A stretch of 64,000 bases of DNA from Armatimonadota bacterium (GTDB lineage: Bacteria > Armatimonadota > UBA5829 > DTLH01), in NCBI GenBank assembly GCA_029551395.1, contig JAKPFN010000089.1, positions 6,045 to 70,044 on the forward strand, in the 5' to 3' direction. Positions 9,410 to 20,308 of the stretch are shown one piece after another. How positions within the stretch are numbered: the first letter of the stretch is position 1; each line of letters begins with the position of its first letter. Under the pieces are notes generated by a model. That model did not search any database and was not told the origin of the DNA. It saw nothing but the letters and a program-made list of their open reading frames with translations. The position numbers and the translations under genes were made by a program.

Positions 9410-10372
9410 ATGGCAAACGAAATCTGCTGCTGGGTCGGGTTCAATATTTTTGTGCTGGCAATGCTGGCATTGGACCTCGGAGTATTTCACCGGAAGTCAC
9501 ACGAGGTATCTGTCAAAGAAGCGCTGATTTGGACGGGGGTATGGGTTGGACTCGCTTTACTGTTTAATGGCGGCCTTTTCTTCATACGCGGAAAGGAAGC
9601 AGCACTTACTTTCCTGACAGGTTATCTTATAGAAAAGTCTCTCAGCGTGGACAACGTATTTGTTTTCTACCTGATATTCACCTGCTGTGTGGTCCCAAAA
9701 GTTTACCAGCACAGAGTGTTATTCTGGGGTATTCTAGGTGCGCTCGTTATGCGTGCTATCCTGATTGCTACCGGAATAACGTTGATGAACACATTCCACT
9801 GGATTATCTATGTATTCGGCGCGTTTCTCATCATTACCGGTATAAAGATGGCTTTTTCCAAGGACAAAGAGATCGACCCGGGAAAGAATCCGGCGCTAAA
9901 ACTGTTCCGGCGATTGGTACCGACTACCAAAGAGTATCATAACGAAAAGTTTTTAACTCGTATAAACGGTAAATTATTCGCCACACCACTTCTTGCGGTT
10001 TTGGTGATGATAGAAACTACCGACCTGGTATTTGCTTTGGACTCCATCCCTGCGATTCTTGCCATTTCTACGGATTCGTTCATCGTGTATACATCCAATG
10101 TCTTTGCTATACTCGGTCTTCGGGCCTTGTTCTTTGCTTTAGCCGGTGTAGTGAATAAATTCGAGTATTTGCATTACGGCTTTTCTGTCATACTGGCTTT
10201 TGTCGGTGTAAAAATGGTGAGTGCGAATGTCATAAAAATCCCCATAGGCATATCGCTTGGAGTAATATCAAGCGTGCTTGTTGTGTCTATGGCAGCTTCG
10301 GTTATAGTTGCAAAGAGGAATCAACCTGTTATTGAACTGGATGAAAAGGTAGAAGTAGAATCTATTTTATAG
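9410..10372 (+). CDS. TerC/Alx family integral membrane protein (putative Mn2+/redox-linked exporter)
   Basis: 320 aa, multi-TM, TerC signature 'GYLIEKSLSVDNVFVFYLIF' and a second repeat 'ETTDLVFALDSIPAILAIS'. Confidence 0.85.
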   Translation: MANEICCWVGFNIFVLAMLALDLGVFHRKSHEVSVKEALIWTGVWVGLALLFNGGLFFIRGKEAALTFLTGYLIEKSLSVDNVFVFYLIFTCCVVPKVYQHRVLFWGILGALVMRAILIATGITLMNTFHWIIYVFGAFLIITGIKMAFSKDKEIDPGKNPALKLFRRLVPTTKEYHNEKFLTRINGKLFATPLLAVLVMIETTDLVFALDSIPAILAISTDSFIVYTSNVFAILGLRALFFALAGVVNKFEYLHYGFSVILAFVGVKMVSANVIKIPIGISLGVISSVLVVSMAASVIVAKRNQPVIELDEKVEVESIL

Positions 10373-10509
10373 AGCTGACATCCGTAGAATAATTTAGGGG
10401 ATTCCAGACATGCTGAAATTCCCTGGTAAACTGGTTTATTGCTTTCACTATAGGCTGTATGATTTCTATCAAGGCTCCTTTTTGGCAGGAGTCTAAATTG
10501 ATATACTGC

Positions 10510-11259
10510 CTACCATCGGTAATCGAACTGTACTGGCGAGTCTTTGGGCAGTGGGTAAGTATTTAACAGTTTTTCCTGCACAAATCTCGAGTGACCGTCG
10601 CAGAACAGCACATTAACGCCGCCCCTGTGCCGCTCACGAACCTGCTCTAATAAGAATTTATAGTTTCCGCCATAGAGGTCAGTCCAGGTACAGTCCATAA
10701 TGTATGCAACCCTAGAAGGCGTCCGGATCTCTGATTCTGTCGGTAATTTATCTGCCCACCAGTTCGGATTAGTAATATCCATTCCGGCCAAGGCAATGTT
10801 TATACCGTAATGGCACGGTATATAAGGGAAGCCATTTTTGCCGTTAGTATCATACCATACCCATCCACAGTCTCTGTCTGTTATTCTCTCCTCATTAGTT
10901 TGAATAGTACGTCGATCCTTGGGTACTTCTTCATATAAAATTCTAGGTGCAGATGGGCATCTATAAATGGCAAGGTTTTTCCCATACTTTTGAAGCAAAT
11001 ACGGCCAGGAATGCCATGTTCCATAAGGCCAACCTGCTGCCGGAAGGTAGCGGTCGTTCCAATCAGCATTGTAAGCTTTGAAAGCTAGACCCATCTGTCT
11101 TTGGTTAGATAAGCACTTAACGTCTCGTCCTTTTGATCGTGCCGCAGAAAATACCGGAAAGAGAATCGCTGCTAAAATTGCAATTATTGCGATTACGACA
11201 AGCAGCTCGATAAGTGTAAATCCGCGTTTGTTCATTTCTTCCCCTGTCCTTTTATTCAT
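10510..11259 (-). CDS. Prepilin-type N-terminal cleavage/methylation domain protein (DUF1559, H-X9-DG family)
   Basis: N-terminal '[30 protein letters not shown]' is the class III signal / pseudopilin helix. C-terminal '[11 protein letters not shown]' is the H-X9-DG-like motif. 249 aa. Confidence 0.8.
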   Translation of the reverse strand: MNKRTGEEMNKRGFTLIELLVVIAIIAILAAILFPVFSAARSKGRDVKCLSNQRQMGLAFKAYNADWNDRYLPAAGWPYGTWHSWPYLLQKYGKNLAIYRCPSAPRILYEEVPKDRRTIQTNEERITDRDCGWVWYDTNGKNGFPYIPCHYGINIALAGMDITNPNWWADKLPTESEIRTPSRVAYIMDCTWTDLYGGNYKFLLEQVRERHRGGVNVLFCDGHSRFVQEKLLNTYPLPKDSPVQFDYRW

Positions 11260-11489
11260 ATATTATTGGTATGTCGAATGATGTATACGCGATCAGTTCA
11301 CAGCTTGCTTCCCAATTGTTCCATCAATCGCTTTATAACATGCCAATTATAGTTTGTCAACGTAAATAAGTGCGAAATACACGAACATGCTATACAAGAA
11401 CCACAAAGAGTTGACACAGTTGATGTAGGATACAACTTTAAAGTCAAGAATCAATGGTTAGTAAAAGGTTAATGAACACCAGACAGTCT

Positions 11490-12542
11490 TCATGGCCCAG
11501 TTTTTACTACCAGGCTATAGAGATTTTGCTGCAGGAGACCGCCCTGATCATCAGAAATCATGATGAGACTCCAGGTATTTCCTCCCAAATGAGGTCCTAG
11601 TGCCAGACCTTCGTAGTTGTCCAGCGGAAACCGTCTTTCCCAAAGCAACCGCTTGCCTACCGGTGTGTAGTCATTGCCTGAGAGGCCATTGTTGAGCTTT
11701 GATACATCTGCTGCGTTGTCAAATACAACTTCATAAAGCCTGATACGGAAGTCAGGGATACTCAGCGAGGCGAACTCTCTGATATCTGCTTCTCTCTCCA
11801 GAACGATAATCGTTCCATCAGGCAGCACAGCAAGGTCGGATACCCCGCTGCGTTCGCGGTTGTCAATTGGCGAGGTAGAGCGGATTGGATCCGTTATATA
11901 GGCCCACTGACCTACTGGTTCCAGGTTCTTGTTCAGCTTGATTAACCTTACTACTGTGCCCTGTTTAGTCGTGGAAGGCTCCCCATCTCCTTCCAGTGCT
12001 TCTTCATTCGCTGTCCAGAGTGCCCACTGTTTTGTCTCGAGTGCAAGCGATTCAAGTGAAAGGTTGTCTCGAACATTCTTCAGTACAGCAGGTAGGGGAT
12101 TTGAGATGCTCAACGTGCGGATTGAGTTAAGCGGCTCCGAACTTTTTGTTTTTAGACGATATTTCCTGATTACAGTCCCGGATTCATCGCTTGTATAGAT
12201 TGCTCCTTCAACTGCATCGTAAGCAATGCCTTCAAGGTCTCCGCCTTCGGCCAACTGCTGTTTGGAGGCGATTTTGGCCGATAGAATAGCGCCTGTAGAC
12301 ATGTTTAGCTCGACATGGATGCCATACAGTGTCCGTGACCTGTCTGAAACTGCGTAGTAAAGAAAAGTGTCCCGTTCTCCTGTTACCGGACCTGCGTATG
12401 TAAGGCCGCTCAATCCGATAACCTGCTCGCTGCCGGATATCTGAACGCTGCCAATGCCCTTGATTTCTGCTCCAAAGGCTGAGATTTGGCACAGTAAGAG
12501 TGTTATTGAAATAATACATACTATTATGCGTAGTCCTGGCAT
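11490..12542 (-). CDS. Secreted hypothetical protein (possible phytase-like/beta-propeller fold)
   Basis: 350 aa with an N-terminal signal peptide ('IVCIISITLLLCQISAFGA'). Beta-rich, no catalytic motif recognised with confidence. Confidence 0.35.
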   Translation of the reverse strand: MPGLRIIVCIISITLLLCQISAFGAEIKGIGSVQISGSEQVIGLSGLTYAGPVTGERDTFLYYAVSDRSRTLYGIHVELNMSTGAILSAKIASKQQLAEGGDLEGIAYDAVEGAIYTSDESGTVIRKYRLKTKSSEPLNSIRTLSISNPLPAVLKNVRDNLSLESLALETKQWALWTANEEALEGDGEPSTTKQGTVVRLIKLNKNLEPVGQWAYITDPIRSTSPIDNRERSGVSDLAVLPDGTIIVLEREADIREFASLSIPDFRIRLYEVVFDNAADVSKLNNGLSGNDYTPVGKRLLWERRFPLDNYEGLALGPHLGGNTWSLIMISDDQGGLLQQNLYSLVVKTGP

Positions 12543-12967
12543 TGCTCTACCTCCGGCAATCAGTATACAGTTAATATCAGGATATGTGGTAGCAGGTTTT
12601 TTCTTTTGTCATACCGAACATAACACTTCATGCACCTTAGGATGACGCTCAATACCTTTGAGGGTGATGGTTATACCGTCATGCTGAACTTGCTTCAGCA
12701 TCTCCTCACAAACATGGGACCTAGCATCAGGCTGCTCCATAAACATAAAATAATCGCTGCAAAATAGCTCCGTGTATCTGTTTTACTGCGGCTTTATGCC
12801 ACCGGTATAATTGCTGGGGTAATATTCCACACCCTCAATTTGTGAATTTCCCTTTATTTTTACCTAAACAGTGGAACATTCCCGACTTTTCATCAGTCAA
12901 TTAATCCGAGGGCCGTGTAGCTAACGTTCTTTAAAGTAAGAAATTTGCAAAACGGCTGAGTTGTCCG

Positions 12968-12997
12968 TTGACAGCGGTTTGGATTACGTGCTAGCAT
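12968..12997 (+). promoter_or_regulatory. Candidate sigma70-like promoter feeding a long (>400 nt) leader upstream of the DUF1559 gene
   Basis: 'TTGACA' followed after 17-18 nt by 'TAGCAT'. Speculative, as it lies in an ~870 bp ORF-free region. Confidence 0.2.
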
Positions 12998-13415
12998 ACA
13001 AATAGGGCTGGCGTCCGACCGCAGAGTCGGAGGCTGGTGTGCTCCGATTGCAAGCGGCATCTCATAAAAGGAGTACGTCGGCTAGGCCGGCAAAGGAGGT
13101 GAGGCCAGCGATTCGCGCAGGCAAGCTGACTCATTTATCCATAATTAATAGGCAAGATTTGCCTGACTTTTGCGCGACTACGTATAACCAGATCTGACCT
13201 CTCGGCAATTAGACAAGTTGTGGTATGGTATCTCCCTGGTGGCGGGGCTGAATAGACATCCGCGACTGTGTCCGACTGCTGTCTTTCTTTCAGAAAGAGT
13301 GAATTCCCTCGCTAGGATTTCAGAGCAGTGTCTGCGTACGTATCCACAGAAGTATTTCGATAAAATCAATCAAATCAACCGCACTGGTGTGCACATAAAT
13401 TAAGGAGGTAGTTCA

Positions 13416-14240
13416 ATGCTAGCTATCAACCGAAGGAAGAGCGGATTTACACTAATCGAGCTCCTGGTCGTCATTGCGATCATAGCTATCCTAGCAGCAA
13501 TCCTGTTCCCGGTTTTCGCAAGAGCTAGAGAGGCAGCAAGAAAATCTTCCTGCCAGAGCAATATGAAAGAGCTGGGTACGGCTGTAGCCCTGTATTTTGG
13601 TGACTATGATGCCATGCTCCCCAGTTCCATTCTTTATGGTGGTTCGGCAACTTGGAACACCAGCAACTTCATGAACTTTGCAATGGAAAGAGGCACATTG
13701 CCTCCAGATCCAAATGTTGGTTATGGTGTTAATGGAGTAGCGCAGTCTTGGCCGATGCTTCTTTACCCGCACATGAAGAACAAAGACATCGTGTGGTGCC
13801 CATCTGACCCTAACAAGAGTGAGGATCCAAGATCTAGAGTATCTTACTGGTATAAAGCTGCAATCGATGCTGCATGGTACGGCGGACCAGCTGGTAATGG
13901 CGCATTCTGCCGTAAGGAAGGCGATTTTGATTACCCTGCAGACCAGGTTATCTTCTATGAGGCCCGTGGTTGGCACTGGGGCGACACCAGCAAGGGATTC
14001 AAGAATGGTGTTACCTTGAATATGTGCTACATAGATGGACACGTGGCAGCCAAGAGAATCGCTGCCAGTGGTTATATGGGTATTTCCAATATTAACCAGC
14101 ATCTCGCATTGCCTGGCAGTTCAGCCGGTCAAGGTGAGCCTGCATGGTTCAACTACAACTATGAAGTTGCAAACACTTCTCAGCCTTACGTGGTTGGGCA
14201 GTTCTGGGATCCGCATATCTACGGAGACAACCTCCCGTAA
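13416..14240 (+). CDS. Prepilin-type N-terminal cleavage/methylation domain protein (DUF1559, H-X9-DG family)
   Basis: '[30 protein letters not shown]' N-terminus. 'GWHWGD...[13 protein letters not shown]' C-terminal motif. Strong RBS 'AAGGAGG' 7 nt upstream of the ATG. 274 aa. Confidence 0.85.
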   Translation: MLAINRRKSGFTLIELLVVIAIIAILAAILFPVFARAREAARKSSCQSNMKELGTAVALYFGDYDAMLPSSILYGGSATWNTSNFMNFAMERGTLPPDPNVGYGVNGVAQSWPMLLYPHMKNKDIVWCPSDPNKSEDPRSRVSYWYKAAIDAAWYGGPAGNGAFCRKEGDFDYPADQVIFYEARGWHWGDTSKGFKNGVTLNMCYIDGHVAAKRIAASGYMGISNINQHLALPGSSAGQGEPAWFNYNYEVANTSQPYVVGQFWDPHIYGDNLP

Positions 14241-14272
14241 AGCTATACTCGATATTCATAGTATAAGCTAAC

Positions 14273-14311
14273 AAGCGGACCTGCTTTACAAGCAGGTCCG
14301 CTTGTTTTTGT
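14273..14311 (+). terminator. Rho-independent terminator
   Basis: Perfect 14-bp stem 'AAGCGGACCTGCTT'-TAC-'AAGCAGGTCCGCTT' followed by 'GTTTTTGT', 30 nt after the DUF1559 stop. Confidence 0.8.
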
Positions 14312-14338
14312 ACCGCACTTGTTGCATAATGTGATGGT

Positions 14339-15697
14339 ATGATACACAATCATTATCACGGAACTTATGATGTAATAGTCGCAGGCGGAGGGATAGCCGG
14401 GCTTGCGGCTGCTGTTACTTCAGCCCGGCTTGGTAAGAAGACTCTGCTTATCGAGCGGTACGGCTTCCTCGGAGGTCTTGCGACTGCAGGTCTTGTCAAT
14501 CCGTTCATGACTCATCGGTCTTCCACTGGTCAGCCTCTTATTTCCGGGTTCTTTGACAACCTATGCTCCAGGCTAGAGGAATTCGGCGGCATTAAAGGTT
14601 CTACATTCGACTCTGAATCTATGAAATTTGCAGCGCAGGAGATGGCGCTGGATGCCGGAGTGCATCTTCTTCTTCATTCATGGGTGAAGGAAGCTGTTGT
14701 AGTAGACGGAGCCATCCGAGGGCTGCGTGTGGTAGACAAATCGGGTGAAGTCGAGTATTCAGCAGACAGAGTCATCGATGCCACAGGGGATGGGGACGTT
14801 GCAGTTTCGGCAGGCGCTTCTTATCAATCAGGCGGAGAGGATGGTTATCCGCAGGCAACTACGATGATGTTTGACGTTGGCGGTGTTGATCTTGCCGAAG
14901 CCCTTGCTTATGTCAAATCCAGACCCGACCAGTTCAGATTCCCGGTTCTATCACCTGATGTTGATCCTGTAAAACTATCCAAAGAAGTTATTTCTGTAGC
15001 TGGATATTATGACTTGGTTGCACGGGCTAGAGAGCGGGGCGAATACTCGCTTCCTGGCGATTTGATCTTCTACATCAGCCGCCCAAGGCCAGGGGAGGTT
15101 GTTTTTAACACTACGCATGTCGGTATGGTCGACGGCACTAAATCTCAAGACTTGACACGAGCTGAGATAGAAGGTCGAAGGCAAGCATCTGCACTTGTGA
15201 AGTTCGTTAGAAACTATATACCAGGTTTTAAGAATGCTTATCTGCTTAGGATGGCTGCTCAGATAGGTGTCAGAGAGACCAGGCGGATTATTGGTGAGTA
15301 TATCTTCAGTGCAGACGATGTAATAGAGGCTCGCAAACATCATGATGCAATCGCCAGACTTGCTTATCCGGTAGATGTCCATTCAGGTAAAGGTGAGGGA
15401 TATACAAGGGACGAAGAACAGTTGACCGGCCCGGTAGTTCCGCCTCCAGGCGATTGGTATGAGATTCCATATCGCTGCCTGGTTCCGCTTGAGATAGAAA
15501 ACCTGTTGGTAGCCGGCAGATGCGTGTCCAGCACTCAAGCAGGGCATGGGGCCATCAGGATAATGCCTTGTTGTGCTGCGATGGGCCAAGCTGCAGGCGC
15601 TGCGGCAGCCCTTTCTATCACCCAAAACGTTACCCCACGGAATCTTGATGTCAATCTCCTGCTAAAGGTATTGAGAGAACAAGGCGCTTTGGTATAA
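14339..15697 (+). CDS. FAD-dependent oxidoreductase
   Basis: Dinucleotide-binding motif 'DVIVAGGGIAGLAAAVTSARLG'. 452 aa. C-terminal 'GRCVSSTQAGHGAIRIM' is typical of the PF12831-type FAD oxidoreductases. Confidence 0.7.
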   Translation: MIHNHYHGTYDVIVAGGGIAGLAAAVTSARLGKKTLLIERYGFLGGLATAGLVNPFMTHRSSTGQPLISGFFDNLCSRLEEFGGIKGSTFDSESMKFAAQEMALDAGVHLLLHSWVKEAVVVDGAIRGLRVVDKSGEVEYSADRVIDATGDGDVAVSAGASYQSGGEDGYPQATTMMFDVGGVDLAEALAYVKSRPDQFRFPVLSPDVDPVKLSKEVISVAGYYDLVARARERGEYSLPGDLIFYISRPRPGEVVFNTTHVGMVDGTKSQDLTRAEIEGRRQASALVKFVRNYIPGFKNAYLLRMAAQIGVRETRRIIGEYIFSADDVIEARKHHDAIARLAYPVDVHSGKGEGYTRDEEQLTGPVVPPPGDWYEIPYRCLVPLEIENLLVAGRCVSSTQAGHGAIRIMPCCAAMGQAAGAAAALSITQNVTPRNLDVNLLLKVLREQGALV

Positions 15698-15748
15698 CCT
15701 TGGCTATGTCGAGTTGATTAGCAAGGTGTCTCAGGGTAGAATGGCAGT

Positions 15749-16957
15749 ATGAGACTGCTTACGGCCTTCTTGATTCCATTTCTGGTATTCCCGCTCGTTG
15801 GATGCAAGCCTGTTGGACAAATCCACGCATCACTTCAATATCACAACCTCGACTTTAGACTGGTAAAGAGCAAAATGACGATAACCGTCGGCGATGGCAG
15901 CATAGATGCTCGCAAGCTGATGGAGCAAGAGACTTATGTTGGCAGCATTACATGTGGGCGAGTAAAAGCCGAGTATCCTGAAGGATTGCAAGAAACAGCG
16001 CAGGAGCTTGCTCAGGAGTTCAACGAGTTTTACTCGGTAGTCGAACGACGATTTGGCATCAGTTGGGACTATAATCTGGTGATAAAGCTCATTAGAGTGC
16101 AGTCAGCGGGAAGAGGTTATCGCTATGCAGCCAAGTTTGGCAGAGACCGTTCGCTTACTTTCCCAGTACTAATCACGGAAAACGGCCAAGCACGATGGTG
16201 GACTCCCATTATCGCTCATGAACTGACCGAAGCAAGCCTGATTGCACCTGAAGACAGGTCTCAGTTGGTGCTTGCAGACCTGTATTCTGGCTCGTTCTGC
16301 ATTCCATCCGGGACAAGATGGTTTCGAGACGGCGTTTCCGACTACGTGCAGTATGCTTTCGATGACCGGCTGCCTCCGCCGTCAGTCTATGCCGAGTTGA
16401 ATATCGTTCGTAACAGGCTTCTTGACTGGTCGAACTGCCAAGGGCAGCCAAATTGGTATGATGCTTCTGCAGGGTTGATTTGTGAGATGGTAAACAGGTT
16501 CGGAGTGGATTCTGTTCGGAAAATGATGGAGGAGTTGTCCAAAGAGCCGGTTCCCGGCAGGAGAGGGATTGCCAGAGCGTTCAAAAGAGCTACAGGTGTT
16601 GATTTGGAGGAGTTTTTAACCGGTTATCAGACTCCGTGGGCTGGAATTGTGGTTAGAGATACTCGTCCGGTTGGCTCTGATGATAACCAGGTTCGTGTTC
16701 TGACGGTATATCCAGCGACTCCTGCCAGCAGGCGAGGTATTAGGGTAGGGGATGTTATCACGAACTTTGCAGGCGTACCTGTGCGTTCATCAGACGAGTT
16801 TGCAGATATTTTAGCCAAGCAAACAATCTGGCAGATGGTTCCTGTAGAGGTTAAACGCGATGATGAGAACATCCCGATGCGGCTAAAACTTATTCCAAGA
16901 CCGACAGATATCAATCAGTTTCTGATACTGTCAGGTGTGGAAAAGGCTGGACGTTGA
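15749..16957 (+). CDS. Lipoprotein with a C-terminal PDZ domain (putative peptidase-associated)
   Basis: Lipobox 'PLVGCKP'. C-terminal 'RRGIRVGDVITNFAGVPVRSSDEFADIL' is a PDZ fold. 'HELTE' is not a canonical HEXXH motif, so a protease role is unproven. Confidence 0.45.
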   Translation: MRLLTAFLIPFLVFPLVGCKPVGQIHASLQYHNLDFRLVKSKMTITVGDGSIDARKLMEQETYVGSITCGRVKAEYPEGLQETAQELAQEFNEFYSVVERRFGISWDYNLVIKLIRVQSAGRGYRYAAKFGRDRSLTFPVLITENGQARWWTPIIAHELTEASLIAPEDRSQLVLADLYSGSFCIPSGTRWFRDGVSDYVQYAFDDRLPPPSVYAELNIVRNRLLDWSNCQGQPNWYDASAGLICEMVNRFGVDSVRKMMEELSKEPVPGRRGIARAFKRATGVDLEEFLTGYQTPWAGIVVRDTRPVGSDDNQVRVLTVYPATPASRRGIRVGDVITNFAGVPVRSSDEFADILAKQTIWQMVPVEVKRDDENIPMRLKLIPRPTDINQFLILSGVEKAGR

Positions 16958-16977
16958 AGCCCAGCCTTGATATACGA

Positions 16978-17676
16978 TTATTCCTTCTTCAAAGCAGCCG
17001 ATACAACATATATCGCATCCTGGTTTTCACCCAGTTTGAGCGTAGACCTTAATTTGTCTGCATCGAATCCGCCCATTGGCACGCCAATCATTCCCAGAGC
17101 AACTTCTTCCAAAAGGACGTTCTGCGCAGAATGACCTGCCTCAACAAACGCCCATTCCTTTGCCTTGTCTTTACCGAACCTGCTTGCAGTGTTTGTGTAG
17201 TCAGCAACATAGACAAACAGCGCTGGTGCTGTCTGCATCTGAGGCTGTGAGCCAACATTAGTCCGCTGGTCGCCTTCCATCACAAGCTGCAGCTTATGCC
17301 CTTTGGGAATATATTCATACACACCTGCAGGAAGGTCTTTAACATTTCCTGCAAACAGATAAACACGCAGAGGGTAGGTTGCCACGGCTGATGGCGCTGT
17401 TCTTAAGCCCTTAGTCGGCTCGGTGATTCCCTGAGCAGCCCAGAGCAGTTGAGATACCTGCTGAAGAGTGACCGGCTCAGTTGAATAAGTCCGCACAGAC
17501 CGCCGCTTGGCAAGCGCTTCCTCAACCGAAACCTTGCCCTTGGTTTCCGGCGCAGGTAAAGAAGTAACTGACTGCTGTGCGGTAGCTTCCTTATCATCAG
17601 CCCGATTTATCTGAATCCCGACTAAAGAAAAGACCACAGTCATCAGGATCAGAATTAATGTTGAACGTATAACCAT
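16978..17676 (-). CDS. SagB/ThcOx-type nitroreductase-family dehydrogenase, membrane-anchored/secreted
   Basis: N-terminal TM/signal, then 'RRSVRTYSTEPVTLQQVSQLLWAAQG' and 'LRVYLFAGNVKDLPAGVYEYIP', typical of the SagB-type nitroreductase domain. 232 aa. Confidence 0.6.
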   Translation of the reverse strand: MVIRSTLILILMTVVFSLVGIQINRADDKEATAQQSVTSLPAPETKGKVSVEEALAKRRSVRTYSTEPVTLQQVSQLLWAAQGITEPTKGLRTAPSAVATYPLRVYLFAGNVKDLPAGVYEYIPKGHKLQLVMEGDQRTNVGSQPQMQTAPALFVYVADYTNTASRFGKDKAKEWAFVEAGHSAQNVLLEEVALGMIGVPMGGFDADKLRSTLKLGENQDAIYVVSAALKKE

Positions 17677-17700
17677 AATCCACCTCCGTTTTTGCTGTTC

Positions 17701-19476
17701 TTACTTGCATCGCCTGTAGTCAAGGCCGTCGGGTGTTGGTTTGACTATCCACCTTGTTCCTTTGACCATAAGCGACAGCGAACCGTCATCCAATACCCGT
17801 CCTGGGAACTCCCTTGGCTCATCCGGTTTCTGAATTATAAACAACACCAGGAACTCATATCTACCGGACTTGTCTGGAGTAATTGACAGTACCGGATGGG
17901 TATTTTCGTGGCGCGTTTTCCAGTCACTCAGCTTATATGCCCGCCGCTGAGTGTGCGACCAATCTTTCGGTTGGACGACGAATGCTTGTAAGGCTGCTTC
18001 GCTACATTTAATCGAAAATCCTCTGTCATGTGAGCCGGGATGGATTGTCAGAGCATCACTTCCGTGTAGTTGCCACTGTATTGGAAGCGGCCTGACCAGT
18101 TCCACTACGTCCCTTACAACAATCACATTCGGTTTAAGGAACAATATGGCACGCAGGACCTTGGTTGCATCATCATAGGCATTTGCACTGTCGCCTGCAG
18201 CGTAATCAGCATCACCAGATATGCGGGATTTCAACATCTTTCCGCTGGTTTCAGCGGTATGCCTATGCTGTCCTTTGCCGTTGATGAGAATCACGTTATG
18301 AGCCAGGCTGTCTCTATAGCGCTCGAAGTAATTTGGGTGTGCTCTCCAGCCGAGACCGGAATCGAGCGCCAATTCGCAGCCATGTCCGATGATCTCAAAG
18401 CTGTTTTGATCAAGATGATGGTAGCCCGGCCAGTAAGGTGAGCTTTTGAACGTAACCAGGTTGTCCGTCTCGCTCCATCCAGACCTCATTATCATCCAGC
18501 CGATCTTCCTGAAGTTCATACTTCCGATATTCTCTGCTTCAGGAGATGTAATCTCACCAGAATCTTCGTACCACAGCAAGTCCTGAGCCTGTATATAGCC
18601 TGTGCGAGGTGTGTTTGCCATTCCCCAACGGATAACAGGGTCCTGGAACCATCGAGCAAGCAGTTTGCTCAAAGGTCCGCGGGGGATATTCGATATAGAC
18701 AGAGGCAATGCCTGATCCATCTGCGTAATATGTGTTCCGCCGGGAGCAAGACAGTAGATGGCAAACCTGCGTGTCCGTTTTATTGCTTCGTGCTGCCTTA
18801 GGTCGCGTCCTGTGACTCTATAGAGTGCTTCAAAGAACGTGCAGACGTGAGTGAGCGCAAACTCCCATCTTGCAATGCCGCTTGGATGGCTGCCATCGGT
18901 TGGAAGGGCTTCTAGATAGGCTGTAATCCGCGAGATTGCCCGTTCCAGCCAGGATTCAGCCCTGTCATCTATGCCAAGCAGCACCATCGCAACCTGTCCT
19001 ATTGCGCTGTGCATGGTAGTAGACCAGTCGTCAAAGTCGTTTGCAGCCCAGCGGGTGGCTTTTGAAGCGCTTATCTCCGTCAGCCGTTGAGCCATATAAG
19101 CCAACCGCTTGCGGATGATTTTTGTCAGTTCTTCCGGTAAGGCTCCATCGAAGAAATCGAGCGCCCATGCGAATGCCCGTATACCGCTTGCAGTCTCAGG
19201 AGCAACATCATAGTAACCGTCGATGACCTCATGCCTGCCATCGGACCACCGAGGCCAGCTTAAAGCCTCCTCGAGCAGTCCGACAGCGTTATCGAGATAC
19301 GCATTGTCGCCAGTAAGATGCCATGCAACTCCAGCGGCAGGAATGACATTCTCAAGCCCTACTAACTTCCAGCCGATGTCAAAAAGCCGTGGGTCGACAT
19401 CGGCTGCTGCTGCAAGTGGAGAAGTGACGTCCTCCGGCCTGGACGCGGCAAGCTCCAGAACCGCATCATAGAGCAT
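17701..19476 (-). CDS. Heparinase II/III-like / alginate-lyase-superfamily protein
   Basis: 591 aa. N-terminal (alpha/alpha) toroid-like helical region plus a C-terminal beta-sandwich with His-rich segment 'GHGCELALDSGLGWRAHPNYFERYRDSLAHNVILINGKGQHRH'. The assignment is by architecture only. Confidence 0.45.
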   Translation of the reverse strand: MLYDAVLELAASRPEDVTSPLAAAADVDPRLFDIGWKLVGLENVIPAAGVAWHLTGDNAYLDNAVGLLEEALSWPRWSDGRHEVIDGYYDVAPETASGIRAFAWALDFFDGALPEELTKIIRKRLAYMAQRLTEISASKATRWAANDFDDWSTTMHSAIGQVAMVLLGIDDRAESWLERAISRITAYLEALPTDGSHPSGIARWEFALTHVCTFFEALYRVTGRDLRQHEAIKRTRRFAIYCLAPGGTHITQMDQALPLSISNIPRGPLSKLLARWFQDPVIRWGMANTPRTGYIQAQDLLWYEDSGEITSPEAENIGSMNFRKIGWMIMRSGWSETDNLVTFKSSPYWPGYHHLDQNSFEIIGHGCELALDSGLGWRAHPNYFERYRDSLAHNVILINGKGQHRHTAETSGKMLKSRISGDADYAAGDSANAYDDATKVLRAILFLKPNVIVVRDVVELVRPLPIQWQLHGSDALTIHPGSHDRGFSIKCSEAALQAFVVQPKDWSHTQRRAYKLSDWKTRHENTHPVLSITPDKSGRYEFLVLFIIQKPDEPREFPGRVLDDGSLSLMVKGTRWIVKPTPDGLDYRRCK

Positions 19477-19582
19477 CCGATACTGCGGATCAGAAAGCTG
19501 AGACTTTATTTTAGCCAGCTCTTCTCGGTTGGTCAGCAGTACAGGCCGGGATTGGGTATTTTGGACAGTCTGAGCGTTCAGC

Positions 19583-20308
19583 TTACCTCTCCAGGTCTAT
19601 TAGTTTGGTACGGCGGCCCCATACCAGGATGACGTCATTTTTCTCAATCACAGTAGACGGCTCAGGAGACATCATGAAGTTATCGCCTCTGTGCAGCCCT
19701 ATCAACCTCACACCTGCAGGAAGCTGTGACTGGAGTTTTAACACAGTCTGGTCAACCAGCCTCTCAGGTACCTTAATAGCCTCCACAGCATAGCCGTTCC
19801 CCATATCGACTTCGCCAACGACCTTTGGGTGAACGAGGTTTTCGGCCAACTGGTGGGCCATATCTATCTCCGGGAAGACAATCATGTCTGCTTCTATCTT
19901 CTCGAGGATTTTAGCGTGCTTGGATCGCATCGCTTTGGCTATGATGTAGTTTGCGCCGAGATCTTTCAGGTTCATGGTAACGGTGACGCTGTCTTCCATG
20001 TCTGAACCACGTCCGACGATGCATACATCGAAGTTCCGCACGCCAAGGGTTGCTAGTGCATCTTCGTCTGTCGCGTCCATTTCTATAGCCTGGGTCAGCT
20101 TATCGGCCAAATGTTGGATGATGACAGGGTCGGTGTCTACTCCAACAACTTCCTGTCCCAGTTCATAAAGCTTTGTTGCAACTGCTTCGCCGAAGTAACC
20201 GAGCCCGATGACCAGAAAGCTCTTCTTCGGCTTATCCAGCTTGTCCTTAACCAATGACAACATGTTCTTCCGCCAACCTTCTTCTAACGGGTTTCTCCCG
20301 TAAAGCAA
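19583..20308 (-). CDS. trkA: K+ uptake system NAD-binding regulatory subunit (TrkA/KtrA)
   Basis: Rossmann motif 'FLVIGLGYFGEAVATKL' (TrkA-N) and a C-terminal TrkA-C domain. The likely true start is the internal Met 'MLSLVKDK' (~20263), leaving a short overlap with trkH. Confidence 0.8.
   Translation of the reverse strand: MLYGRNPLEEGWRKNMLSLVKDKLDKPKKSFLVIGLGYFGEAVATKLYELGQEVVGVDTDPVIIQHLADKLTQAIEMDATDEDALATLGVRNFDVCIVGRGSDMEDSVTVTMNLKDLGANYIIAKAMRSKHAKILEKIEADMIVFPEIDMAHQLAENLVHPKVVGEVDMGNGYAVEAIKVPERLVDQTVLKLQSQLPAGVRLIGLHRGDNFMMSPEPSTVIEKNDVILVWGRRTKLIDLER

Noticed and set aside
13491-14102. 203-aa ORF antisense to the DUF1559 gene
   Set aside because: Fully embedded in, and antisense to, a well-supported CDS with strong RBS and terminator. 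Low-complexity composition. Typical shadow ORF.
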